A stretch of DNA of 64,000 nt from a virus. Of the stretch, positions 26,925-35,925 are shown piece after piece. Each line of letters starts with the position of its first letter. The stretch's first letter is position 1. A program made the translations under genes and the position numbers. The notes below the pieces were generated by a model, which did no database searches, had not been told where the DNA came from, and saw only the letters and a program-made list of their open reading frames with translations. Location of the stretch: the IMG/VR virus record IMGVR_UViG_3300031132_000332. One strand, given 5' to 3'.

Positions 26925-27950
26925 ATGAATAAACTGTACTCTCTTCTCAAATCTTCCCGTGCCGCGATTGATCTTGCCTCTATCATGGTTGGTATTATCA
27001 TCATTGGTTTGATTGGTGGTGTTATCGCTGCGACTGTTTTCGCGGTCATTCCTTGGTCTCAGGATAAAGCAGCGAAACAGCAATTAGAATCCATTCATAC
27101 TGCTGAGAATGCCTTATATGGTCTCAGCAGCGACTCTAATGTTGTTTTACAAGGTGGAGCTACACGAGTCTCTTTTGGCTCTTCCGCTCAGTTAGATGCA
27201 AATAACCTACTGACCTTAGATAAAACGGGTAGCTACTGTGTCATTCCTGCGGTTGGTGGGAAAGATTACCACGCATATGTGAAGAGTGGTTCAAACAAAT
27301 GGTTCAGTGCAACGAATAGTAAGAAAACTCCTATTGAGTATACTGGAACTACACCTTGTGTGAATGGAGTAGATACTCCTATTGGTGATGCTTCTCAGAC
27401 TCCTGGAACTGTTGATACAGGAGTTGATGATGGTGTTGGGGATGTTCCAACAGCTCCTACTGTTCCTGCGCTTCCTGCGGCGGTTTTAGTTAAATCATAT
27501 GATTTTGAGAACCAGTCTGCCACTGGTTTTACCTACTTTAATGCTAAACGTAGTGCTGAATCGATTACGGTCGTTGCAAATGGGCATGACGCTTCCAGTA
27601 AATATGCGTTGCGGTATCTTGATACAGGTGAAGCTGATGATTATTACGGTGGGATTGTTGACCGTTCTTACACCTCCACTGGTATTGTCACCGGAGCGAA
27701 GTATCGTATGACTGCTTGGGTGTATTGGCGTTCAGGAACTTCGGTTTCTTCTATGAATGTTTCAATGTTTGGAAGCGATTACAAGACAGTGATGAAAGCT
27801 GATCCTGTTACCAAAGCTAATACATGGACTCAGGTGAGTTTTGAAGTCAAAGCTACCACAAGTAGAACAGTTGCGTTTAGTAATTATGGTAGAGCATACA
27901 CTTCCGCTGATTTCACTGTTGATGACGTTGTGATAGAAAAACTGCCGTAA
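26925..27950 (+). CDS. Pilin-like adhesin paralog with CBM4/9-like domain
   Basis: Same N-terminus; C-terminal SYDFEN...YRMTAWVY...WTQVSFEV...FTVDDVVI. Confidence 0.82.
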   Translation: MNKLYSLLKSSRAAIDLASIMVGIIIIGLIGGVIAATVFAVIPWSQDKAAKQQLESIHTAENALYGLSSDSNVVLQGGATRVSFGSSAQLDANNLLTLDKTGSYCVIPAVGGKDYHAYVKSGSNKWFSATNSKKTPIEYTGTTPCVNGVDTPIGDASQTPGTVDTGVDDGVGDVPTAPTVPALPAAVLVKSYDFENQSATGFTYFNAKRSAESITVVANGHDASSKYALRYLDTGEADDYYGGIVDRSYTSTGIVTGAKYRMTAWVYWRSGTSVSSMNVSMFGSDYKTVMKADPVTKANTWTQVSFEVKATTSRTVAFSNYGRAYTSADFTVDDVVIEKLP

Positions 27951-28002
27951 TAATTACTTCTTTAGCTTGTATCTAATTTTTATTTTACTCGAAAGTTTCC
28001 CC

Positions 28003-29343
28003 ATGCTCAGATTACATTCTGCCCTGAAATCCTCCCGCGCTGCGATTGACCTTGCCTCTATCATGGTTGGTATTATCATCATTGGTTTAATTGGTGGTGT
28101 TATTGCCGCGACCGTATTTGCCGTCATTCCATGGTCTCAGGATAAAGCGGCGAAGCAACAATTAGAGTCTATTCATACTGCTGAGAATGCCTTATACGGT
28201 CTCAGTAGTGATTCCAGCGTTACTCTACAAGGTGGAGCAGTACGAGCTTCTTTTGGCTCTTCTATCCAGTTAGATACGAATAATTTACTTGCTTTGAACA
28301 AAACTGGTAGTTATTGTGCCGTTTCTACTACTGATGGGAAGGATTACCATGCGTATTCTCATTCAGGGTCTGGTAAATGGTTTGTTGCAACAAATAGTAG
28401 CAAAACCCCTCAGGTTTTAACTGATGGCGTTATTCCTTGTGTTAATTCTGGTGTAAATGCTGGGTTAGTAGATTCATTGGTTGATGATGGTTCAGGAGAT
28501 ATTCCCATTGTTCCTGGATTAGGCACTCCTGCTGACCCTGAAGTACAATACAATGTCAACAAAAATCAGACAGCTGTGTTCATCATGAACTGTCCAACTA
28601 CTACTTCGCTGAATGCTGCGCCGTTGGGTGGGTTTACTGGCACGTTGACTATCAATGATGTGAGTGATGGGAAGACATACAGTAATCAATCCACAGTATA
28701 TTTCACATCGAAGGCAAATACTGAATATGTTTTGAAGATGACAGGGACTTATACTACTTTCAGTAGCTCTGGAACAAAAAGTTGCTTGCAGAAAGTTGCT
28801 ACATGGGGTAACGCCACTAAGGTAATAAGCACAGCTGGTGCTTTCCGTGATGTGCAAACACAGTTTACTGTACCAGATTATTTACCAGCAAGCTTCACTA
28901 ACCTCGATAGTATGTTCATTGGTTCTACGAGTTTCAACGACGCAAATGTTACTAAGTGGGATACCTCAAATGTAACAAGCATGACAAATATGTTTAATAC
29001 TGCTCGTTCATTCAACCAAAATATTGGGAGTTGGGATATTGGCAATGTGACAAATATGTCCTGGATGTTTGCAGGGGCGGCATCCTTTAACCAGGATATT
29101 TCTACTTGGCAAACAACCAAAGTAACTGACATGTATGACATGTTCATACGAGCATCAGCGTTCAATCAGAATATTAGTCGTTGGGATACCTCAAAAGTAG
29201 TGAGAATGGATAACATGTTCTCTAATGCAACAGTATTCAGTCAAGATTTGAGTGGTTGGAATGTGAATTCTTTACCCACTCATTCCTCTTTCAGCGATGG
29301 AAGCAAATTGACTGCTGCTCAGCTGCCAAAATTCAAAAACTGA
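28003..29343 (+). CDS. Pilin-like adhesin paralog with DUF285/BspA repeats
   Basis: Same N-terminus; C-terminal FNQNIGSWDIGNVTNMSWMFAGA repeats. Start at ATG 28003 after GAAAG. Confidence 0.85.
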   Translation: MLRLHSALKSSRAAIDLASIMVGIIIIGLIGGVIAATVFAVIPWSQDKAAKQQLESIHTAENALYGLSSDSSVTLQGGAVRASFGSSIQLDTNNLLALNKTGSYCAVSTTDGKDYHAYSHSGSGKWFVATNSSKTPQVLTDGVIPCVNSGVNAGLVDSLVDDGSGDIPIVPGLGTPADPEVQYNVNKNQTAVFIMNCPTTTSLNAAPLGGFTGTLTINDVSDGKTYSNQSTVYFTSKANTEYVLKMTGTYTTFSSSGTKSCLQKVATWGNATKVISTAGAFRDVQTQFTVPDYLPASFTNLDSMFIGSTSFNDANVTKWDTSNVTSMTNMFNTARSFNQNIGSWDIGNVTNMSWMFAGAASFNQDISTWQTTKVTDMYDMFIRASAFNQNISRWDTSKVVRMDNMFSNATVFSQDLSGWNVNSLPTHSSFSDGSKLTAAQLPKFKN

Positions 29344-29350
29344 GGAGATA

Positions 29351-29429
29351 ACCGATAAGGATAAGGTAAGAATCCTCACATAAAACTCTTACCTTATCTC
29401 TATTTTATCCCTGAAAGTTTAGTCCCCTT
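29351..29429 (+). promoter_or_regulatory. Conserved pilin-gene leader, copy 2
   Basis: ACCGATAAGGATAAGGTAAGA...TCTTACCTTATC (12-bp perfect stem, 29360-71/29387-98)...CCCTGAAAGTTTAGTCCCCTTATG. Confidence 0.75.
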
Positions 29430-30860
29430 ATGCTTAGACTCCACAAGGTTCTAAAATCATCGCGTGCCGCGATTGATCTGGCTTCTATTATGGTTGGTAT
29501 CATCATCATTGGTCTCATTGGTGGTGTCATCGCCGCGACTGTTTTTGCTGTTATCCCATGGTCTCAGGATAAAGCAGCGAAACAACAGTTGGATAATGTG
29601 TCTTCTGCTGAGAGTGCTTACCGCGGTTTGAGTGCTGATAAGGACAGTAAACTCAAAGATGCTTCTGCTACACCCACGAATTCTTCTGACCCAAATCAGG
29701 TGGTATTGAATAGTACATTCACCAGTAGTGACGGGTTAGCTATCAACCAACTGTTGGATGTTAACCCTGCTAGCTACTGTGTACTTGCCACTGATAATGG
29801 TAAAGACTATGCAGCATATGCTCGTAGTGGTTCAGGTAAGGTGTTTAAATCCACTTCAAAAGGTTTCGCTGGAGAAGCTACGAATGATGAAGCTGTATGC
29901 CTAGCGCCAACTGCTGGTGGCAATGGTGGTAATGGTTCTGTTCCTACCCCTACTGGTCCTACGGGAACATCTGATTTGAAGCCGACAACTGCAATGTACA
30001 GTAACGTTTCAGTTTCTGATGATGGTTCTGTCATTATTGGAACAGCCCCAGCAGGCAATGGTGCTTTCTATGTTTCCAAGGATGGCGGTAACACTTGGAG
30101 CTCTCGTACTGACAGCGGTTATGCTTTGAATGCTGTTGTTTCAGGGGATGGTAAAAAGGTTTACTACACATATAACGCTAATAACAGAGACCCTTCTTAC
30201 TGGATTTACTCGGGAACGCCTGATAGCAGAGGCAGCTCTACTGGAGCTGAGTTAAGACAGTACTCTTATATTTATACTTCCGCTACTGGAAGTTCAGTTC
30301 TTGGATTGGGTACATATGTGAATGCTACATGGAATTCAACAGTTGACACAGGTTCTAATTGGAGCAAATACAACTACGCTAACGTTAGCTCTTATGTGGG
30401 CGGTGCTATGTCCCAGAACGGTAAAGTCATGGCATATCTTGGTAGTTCAGGATTGTATGTTTCAACAGATGGTACGGGAAAGAATTTTGCTTCTCGTACA
30501 ATTCCTGCTGGCGAAACATTGACTTCTACCAATCTTTCCAATGATGGTAGTGTTATGACACTGACTTCATCCCAGGGTAACGGTTATGTCTCTCAAGATA
30601 AAGGTGTTACTTGGACTAAGATTGCTAAACCTGTATCTGTTACTGGCGCTCTGCAGTTAAGTGTTGCAAAGTCTGGACGGATTCTTATGCACGGCAGTAC
30701 TGACTCCAAGCTGTATGTCAGTGATGATGCTGGTGCTACATTTAATGAAGTTAGCGGTATTGATGCGACTGGTTGGACCATGACAAGAATTACTGGTAAC
30801 GGGGATAAGTTTATCGCTTCTGTAGGCGCAAAGTTCTATACAGGAACTATTACTTTGTAA
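29430..30860 (+). CDS. Pilin-like adhesin paralog with Asp-box (BNR) beta-propeller
   Basis: Same N-terminus; Asp-boxes VSKDGGNTW, VSTDGTGKNF, VSQDKGVTW, VSDDAGATF. Confidence 0.85.
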   Translation: MLRLHKVLKSSRAAIDLASIMVGIIIIGLIGGVIAATVFAVIPWSQDKAAKQQLDNVSSAESAYRGLSADKDSKLKDASATPTNSSDPNQVVLNSTFTSSDGLAINQLLDVNPASYCVLATDNGKDYAAYARSGSGKVFKSTSKGFAGEATNDEAVCLAPTAGGNGGNGSVPTPTGPTGTSDLKPTTAMYSNVSVSDDGSVIIGTAPAGNGAFYVSKDGGNTWSSRTDSGYALNAVVSGDGKKVYYTYNANNRDPSYWIYSGTPDSRGSSTGAELRQYSYIYTSATGSSVLGLGTYVNATWNSTVDTGSNWSKYNYANVSSYVGGAMSQNGKVMAYLGSSGLYVSTDGTGKNFASRTIPAGETLTSTNLSNDGSVMTLTSSQGNGYVSQDKGVTWTKIAKPVSVTGALQLSVAKSGRILMHGSTDSKLYVSDDAGATFNEVSGIDATGWTMTRITGNGDKFIASVGAKFYTGTITL

Positions 30861-30956
30861 GCTAATTGAACATATGACCGATAAGGATAAGGTAAGAGTT
30901 TCCTATGAGAATTCTTACCTTATCCTTATTTTATCCCCTGAAAGTTTAGTCCCCTT
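30858..30956 (+). promoter_or_regulatory. Conserved pilin-gene leader, copy 3
   Basis: TAAG-N15-ACCGATAA; 17-bp perfect stem 30881-97/30913-29; CCCCTGAAAGTTTAGTCCCCTTATG. Confidence 0.8.
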
Positions 30957-32003
30957 ATGCTTAGACTTCATAATGTCCTAAAGTCCTCCCGTGCTGCGAT
31001 TGATCTTGCCAGTATTATGGTTGGTATCATCGTCATCGGCCTTATTGGTGGTGTCATCGCTGCAACCGTCTTCGCTGTTATTCCTTGGTCTCAGGATAAA
31101 GCAGCAAAGCAACAATTAGAATCCATTCATACTGCTGAGAATGCTTTGTATGGTTTGAGTTCAGATGCGAACGTTGATTTGAAAGGTAATGTTGGTAACG
31201 CAACGTTTACTGACTCTGCTCGGTTAGATGCGAACAATTTGCTCACTCTCAATACAGCTGGTCAGTACTGTGTAGTGCAGACATCTGATGGGAAGGATTA
31301 CCATGCGTATTCTCATTCAGGGTCTGGTAAATGGTTTGTTGCAACAAATAGTAGCAAAACTCCTCAGGTTTTAGCTGATGGTATTGTTCCTTGTGTCCCT
31401 GCTACGGGTGCTTCTGTTGGGCCTGCTGGTCAGACTCCTGGTACTGTTGATACAGGTGTTGATGATGGAAAGGGTTCTATCCCTACTACTCCTGGAACAG
31501 TCAACCCTGGTTCAGGTTCGGAAACAACTCCGGTGACTCCTCCTGCTCCAACATATTTTGCTACTTTTGATTTTGAGAATAAGAAGAACTGGACTCCATA
31601 TACCAGTAATGACAGTATTACTATTGTTAGTTCTCCAACGCACGGTGGGACTGGTGCACTGTACACAGGCTTGTTGACTACAAACAACTCTGAATACCGT
31701 GCAAACAGCACAGTTCCTACTTCTTTCATCAAGGGGAAATCCTACAGAGTAACAGCGTGGGTGTATAACACTGGAAGCATGGGAAGTCTCTGGGTATGGA
31801 CGAATGGAACTGTTCGTTCACAATTTGCAAGTGTTGACCCTAAAGGTCCAAGAGCTACTGCTACTGGGCAATGGATTCAAGTAACAACAACTATCACTCC
31901 TGATTTAGGAGGAAATGGTATTCAGCTTGATGGGTTAGCTTCTGGTTTAGGAGCCAGAGCAAACACGGTCTGGGATGACATCACAATTGAACAGCTAAAC
32001 TAA
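30957..32003 (+). CDS. Pilin-like adhesin paralog with CBM4/9-like domain
   Basis: Same N-terminus; TFDFEN...HGGTGAL...YRVTAWVY...WIQVTTTI...VWDDITI. Confidence 0.82.
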   Translation: MLRLHNVLKSSRAAIDLASIMVGIIVIGLIGGVIAATVFAVIPWSQDKAAKQQLESIHTAENALYGLSSDANVDLKGNVGNATFTDSARLDANNLLTLNTAGQYCVVQTSDGKDYHAYSHSGSGKWFVATNSSKTPQVLADGIVPCVPATGASVGPAGQTPGTVDTGVDDGKGSIPTTPGTVNPGSGSETTPVTPPAPTYFATFDFENKKNWTPYTSNDSITIVSSPTHGGTGALYTGLLTTNNSEYRANSTVPTSFIKGKSYRVTAWVYNTGSMGSLWVWTNGTVRSQFASVDPKGPRATATGQWIQVTTTITPDLGGNGIQLDGLASGLGARANTVWDDITIEQLN

Positions 32004-32005
32004 AA

Positions 32006-32058
32006 ATATGAGAAAGGGGCTTACAATGTCAATAAAATTGTAAGCCCCTTTCTCATAT
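32006..32058. terminator. Perfect 22-bp hairpin ending the pilin array
   Basis: ATATGAGAAAGGGGCTTACAAT / ATTGTAAGCCCCTTTCTCATAT, immediately followed by CCGATAG (32060-66). Confidence 0.75.
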
Positions 32059-32136
32059 CCCGATAGTATGGTCTTGAGCAAAACATTTGCTCTATGCGCT
32101 GGCGAGAACCAGTCCAAAACATACAAGGGGACAATT

Positions 32137-34140
32137 ATGTCTAAAATATCGGAAAATAAAAAGTACCTTACGTTGGAAGGTGTCCGGGTTTCATACCGCC
32201 CGAAGGATAACACTATCCATTTGACTTCCATTGATGAGGATTTAGCAGCTGAGGGTTTTCACCTCACGTTGAAGCAGGGTTCTGACTCGGAGAATATTCT
32301 TCGGTCCTTGCTGTTAGAAAAAGGTTTGATTCGTCCTGATGTGGCTCGTGGTGAGTTCCTTGACAATCCAAAACCAGCAGAACAACCAGAAATTCATTCA
32401 AGTCCAGTGTATCGGAGCCGGAGTCCGCATTCAGTCATGCCTGTAAGTAGCGGTTCAACTTCTGCTGGTTCTATGAAGGGAGTTATCACGCAAAACACAG
32501 GGTCTAAAGGAGGTAAGGGGAAGACAGGCTCTTCTTTCATGGACAAATTTGCTAAGATGTGGAAGCCAGAGGAGGAGACTCAACTTCCAAGCGCTCTTGC
32601 AGGGAATATGGATAAGGATACTCCGTGGGATGTTATCCGCTTAGGGGTTGCAAAGAGCGGTTACGTGGATTGGCATATCAACACGTTCCCCCACATGTTA
32701 TTGGGTGGTCCAGCAGGAACTGGTAAGAGCGTCATCCAGCGAAACATTTTCTTCCATTGCCTTCGTCACAATGAGTACTGGAAATTCTTCGGTATTGATT
32801 TGAAAAGAGTTGAACTTTCTCCTTATAGAGTTTACAAGAACACGGTTGGTGGTATTGCAACTACTGTTGAAGATGCTCTTGTGATGTTGCAGTTCATCCA
32901 TGATGAAATGATGCGACGTTACGAGTTGATGGAGCATGAAGGTGTGAATTTCTACCAGGATTTGCTGTACAACAATAAGACAAACTCAACGAAAGCTATT
33001 ATGCTTCTTATTGATGAGGCAGCTATGTTGTTATCTCCTTCTGGCTCACGAACTGAGGAGGGTAAAGTTGAGGATGCTATGAAAGTTGAAATTTCTGCTT
33101 TGCTTTCAAAATTAGTTCGATTGGGTAGAAACGCTGGAATTCATATTATCACGTCTACTCAGCGTCCAGATGCAACGATTATTTCAGGTGAGTTCAAAGC
33201 GAACATGGATGTGCGCATTGCAGCTGGGAAAATGGATTCAATGCCATCTTCTATGATTTTAGGCTCTGATGATGCTACGAATCTTCCAGGTTTCAAAGGT
33301 CGTGGGATGATTCGTTTCGGAGGGAACTTAGAGGAGTTCCAGTCCTATTTTTCTTCCATGTCATTAGGAGATGAGTGGATTCAGCAGTTCGGTAAGGAAG
33401 CTGAGCCTGAGCGTTGGGCTGAGCTCAACCGGAAACATCGCCCTGAGTCTCCATTGAAGTACCCTGCGTTTACATTAGGTGAAGATGTAAATGGCGAGTT
33501 GGTGCAATGGGATAGCTATATGAACCGAGCAATGCTTATTACAGGTAATGATATTAAAGCTCGTATTGAACTTCAAACTGAGCTGGTCCGAAAAACAGGT
33601 GTTGACTCTAAAAGTTGGGTGACAACAAGCATGTGGTTTGAAAGACCAGAACATTGGGCTGGTTTGGCGAAGAGCCTCAACCAGATTAAAGAAGAAATGG
33701 ATACTCGCTATCAATTGATGGAGGAGGACGGAGCTTCAAATTATAGAGACTACTCTGCGCCGTTCCCTACTTATCTCCTTATTCTTGACCAGTTTGAAGC
33801 ATTGTATGCTGAAAAGATTGCTCCAGAGTTCATTGAGGTAAGAGACGAAATCATCTACCTTATTTCATATATTCTGCGTGTTGGTCGTGCTGCTGGTATG
33901 CGTGTAGTTATTTCAGGGGCACCTGAACTCCCAAGTTTGATGAAGCTAGAAATGTTGTCTAATATTGATGTTCGTGTTGCGGCAACTATTTTGAATGAGC
34001 AGAGTTCATGGAGCCTTATGCATTCACGTGCTGCTACCAGTTTAGCTCCGTCAGGTGAATGGTTAGTATGGTTCGGACCTCAAAATAAGTTCCATAAAAT
34101 TATTTTCAAAAAGCACATGAACTCAACGTTTGGCGAATAA
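32137..34140 (+). CDS. FtsK/SpoIIIE-family ATPase with one intact and one degenerate domain
   Basis: PHMLLGGPAGTGKS, LLIDEA, LGRNAGIHIITSTQRP; the second domain lacks Walker A but keeps LILDQF and VGRAAGMRVV. Start at ATG 32137. Confidence 0.85.
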   Translation: MSKISENKKYLTLEGVRVSYRPKDNTIHLTSIDEDLAAEGFHLTLKQGSDSENILRSLLLEKGLIRPDVARGEFLDNPKPAEQPEIHSSPVYRSRSPHSVMPVSSGSTSAGSMKGVITQNTGSKGGKGKTGSSFMDKFAKMWKPEEETQLPSALAGNMDKDTPWDVIRLGVAKSGYVDWHINTFPHMLLGGPAGTGKSVIQRNIFFHCLRHNEYWKFFGIDLKRVELSPYRVYKNTVGGIATTVEDALVMLQFIHDEMMRRYELMEHEGVNFYQDLLYNNKTNSTKAIMLLIDEAAMLLSPSGSRTEEGKVEDAMKVEISALLSKLVRLGRNAGIHIITSTQRPDATIISGEFKANMDVRIAAGKMDSMPSSMILGSDDATNLPGFKGRGMIRFGGNLEEFQSYFSSMSLGDEWIQQFGKEAEPERWAELNRKHRPESPLKYPAFTLGEDVNGELVQWDSYMNRAMLITGNDIKARIELQTELVRKTGVDSKSWVTTSMWFERPEHWAGLAKSLNQIKEEMDTRYQLMEEDGASNYRDYSAPFPTYLLILDQFEALYAEKIAPEFIEVRDEIIYLISYILRVGRAAGMRVVISGAPELPSLMKLEMLSNIDVRVAATILNEQSSWSLMHSRAATSLAPSGEWLVWFGPQNKFHKIIFKKHMNSTFGE

Positions 34141-34142
34141 AT

Positions 34143-35096
34143 ATGATAAACACGATAGTGAGAAATAAGATGGATTCATTGAGTAGCCTTTTTCCTATCC
34201 TGAAATCATTTTCTAATGGCGACAAAATACAGAGTGTCCCCGATTCGTTGGCACATATGTCAGGATGGAAGAATGCATCGGAAACAGTGCGCTTAGGAAA
34301 GACTCAGACTGGCCATTTGGATTGGGACACAGGCAATCACCCGAACCTTATTCTGATGGGTAATGCTGGCAGCGGGAAAAGTGTTTTGCATAGAGCTATC
34401 TTCTACCACTGCTTGACCCAGAACAACGATTGGGTCTTCTATGGGGTGGACCCTTTCAGATTAGATACAGCGCCTCATAGAAAATATGAAAGAACTTTTG
34501 GAGGAACTGCAAGTGATGTTGAATCCTCTCTGAAACTTTTAGAGAGTATTGACTTACAAATACAAGAGCGTTATCAGTTATGGAGTCAGGAACATCAACA
34601 AGAAAAGTTCGACCTTGAAAAGCATTCAATGAAGTCAATAATGTTGGTCATTGACACATTTTATCCAACTTCCAGTGATGTTTTCGATTACATAAAGTCT
34701 CATCATTCAGATTATGCTCGAATTGTCAAAATCCGTGAGTTGTTTGCACGAATTGTAGAGCATGGTAGCAAGGTAGGTGTTCATGTTGTATGGACAGCTA
34801 TGGCGAGACCAGTTCCTCAGTTAGATAGTCAATTCATTGAGTATTTTGATGCAGTTATTACGACGAGTCGTATAGATTATGAGTCATCTGAGCAGTTCTT
34901 TGGCTCAGATAGAGCTGCAATCATTCCAGAGTACGGGATGAATGGGTTTGTCAGAGGAAAAGGATTGGCAAAATTCGGAGACCTCGTTGAAGAATTCCGA
35001 GGGTATCTTATTGATGATGAATCCGCTCAGTCTTGGGTAAAGGAACACGGCCAACATGCTGAACCTCAATTGTGGGCAGAGCTGAATAGCAAGTAA
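34143..35096 (+). CDS. FtsK-like ATPase domain protein
   Basis: HPNLILMGNAGSGKS; Walker B-like MLVIDTF lacks Glu; paralogous to the upstream gene including the final EP.(R/L)WAELN.K. Confidence 0.75.
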   Translation: MINTIVRNKMDSLSSLFPILKSFSNGDKIQSVPDSLAHMSGWKNASETVRLGKTQTGHLDWDTGNHPNLILMGNAGSGKSVLHRAIFYHCLTQNNDWVFYGVDPFRLDTAPHRKYERTFGGTASDVESSLKLLESIDLQIQERYQLWSQEHQQEKFDLEKHSMKSIMLVIDTFYPTSSDVFDYIKSHHSDYARIVKIRELFARIVEHGSKVGVHVVWTAMARPVPQLDSQFIEYFDAVITTSRIDYESSEQFFGSDRAAIIPEYGMNGFVRGKGLAKFGDLVEEFRGYLIDDESAQSWVKEHGQHAEPQLWAELNSK

Positions 35097-35108
35097 CTAT
35101 AACTATTG

Positions 35109-35159
35109 AATACCGTTGTAGGGAACAAGGCTTTTCCTCTTGTTCCCTACAACGGTATT
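35109..35159. terminator. Perfect 21-bp hairpin
   Basis: AATACCGTTGTAGGGAACAAG / CTTGTTCCCTACAACGGTATT. Confidence 0.75.
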
Positions 35160-35195
35160 TGCTGATATAATAGGCTATACAGATAACGGGAGCTA

Positions 35196-35864
35196 ATGAA
35201 TATGAGTAATGAGAATGCTACAGAATACATTGGGTACGAAGAGCCGAATACCAGTGTTTGGGTTCGTGTTCTTGCGACGTTTCTGATTGCAGGATTCACT
35301 GCTACTGCCTTAGGCGGTATGCTCTTATTTCTGTGGTTCGTCACTGCATTATTTGCATGGTTCGTTATTCCAGCAGGTTTTATTTACTTCATCATTGTCG
35401 CTATTATTGCTCCTATCAAACGAAACCAAGCGAAGAACGATTTGAAACATGGGGTACCTCAGTTTACGTTCGAACAGATTCAAGCAGCTGAATTCAAGGC
35501 AGGTTCACAAACGGCTTCCTTAGCAATGAACATCTACCTGTCGTTGATTGCAGTACTTTTCCCTGTTATCTATTTCGCAGGTAAGAGCGCTTCTTTTGAT
35601 GATAGTTTCTCTTTCCTCCTTCTTGTAATGGGAGGAGCGTTACTGGTTGCAGCGTTTTATGTTCCCTTTGTCAACGCTCCAAGTATTTACCGTAAACGGT
35701 TTCTGCAAGCTGAGGCATATGCGTTGCAGTATAAGACACCAAACTATAAGTGGGTCCGTGCGAATCGTATTTGGTCGTGGATTGTATGGGTCATTTACGG
35801 TGTAGGTGTGCCAGCTCTTTCAGTACTTGCTCTCAACGGTGGTATGCGTCTTCTTGACTCATGA
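35196..35864 (+). CDS. Multi-pass membrane protein
   Basis: About five hydrophobic helices. Confidence 0.7.
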   Translation: MNMSNENATEYIGYEEPNTSVWVRVLATFLIAGFTATALGGMLLFLWFVTALFAWFVIPAGFIYFIIVAIIAPIKRNQAKNDLKHGVPQFTFEQIQAAEFKAGSQTASLAMNIYLSLIAVLFPVIYFAGKSASFDDSFSFLLLVMGGALLVAAFYVPFVNAPSIYRKRFLQAEAYALQYKTPNYKWVRANRIWSWIVWVIYGVGVPALSVLALNGGMRLLDS

Positions 35865-35920
35865 ATAATGGTAGGAACCGATAATATGTAACTGTACATA
35901 GTTCGGTTCCTACCATTATT
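35864..35920. promoter_or_regulatory. 18-bp hairpin overlapping an ACCGATAA element
   Basis: AATAATGGTAGGAACCGA / TCGGTTCCTACCATTATT; CCGATA at 35878-83. Confidence 0.55.
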
Positions 35921-35925
35921 ATTTT

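Noticed and set aside
25825-32003. Diversity-generating retroelement or invertase shufflon as the source of pilin variation
   Set aside because: No reverse transcriptase or site-specific recombinase in the window, mismatches between copies are not adenine-specific, and all copies are complete genes in the same orientation.
32137-35096. Type VII secretion locus
   Set aside because: No WXG100, EccB/D/E or mycosin genes, and no TM or FHA region on the ATPases; only the domain arrangement is reminiscent.
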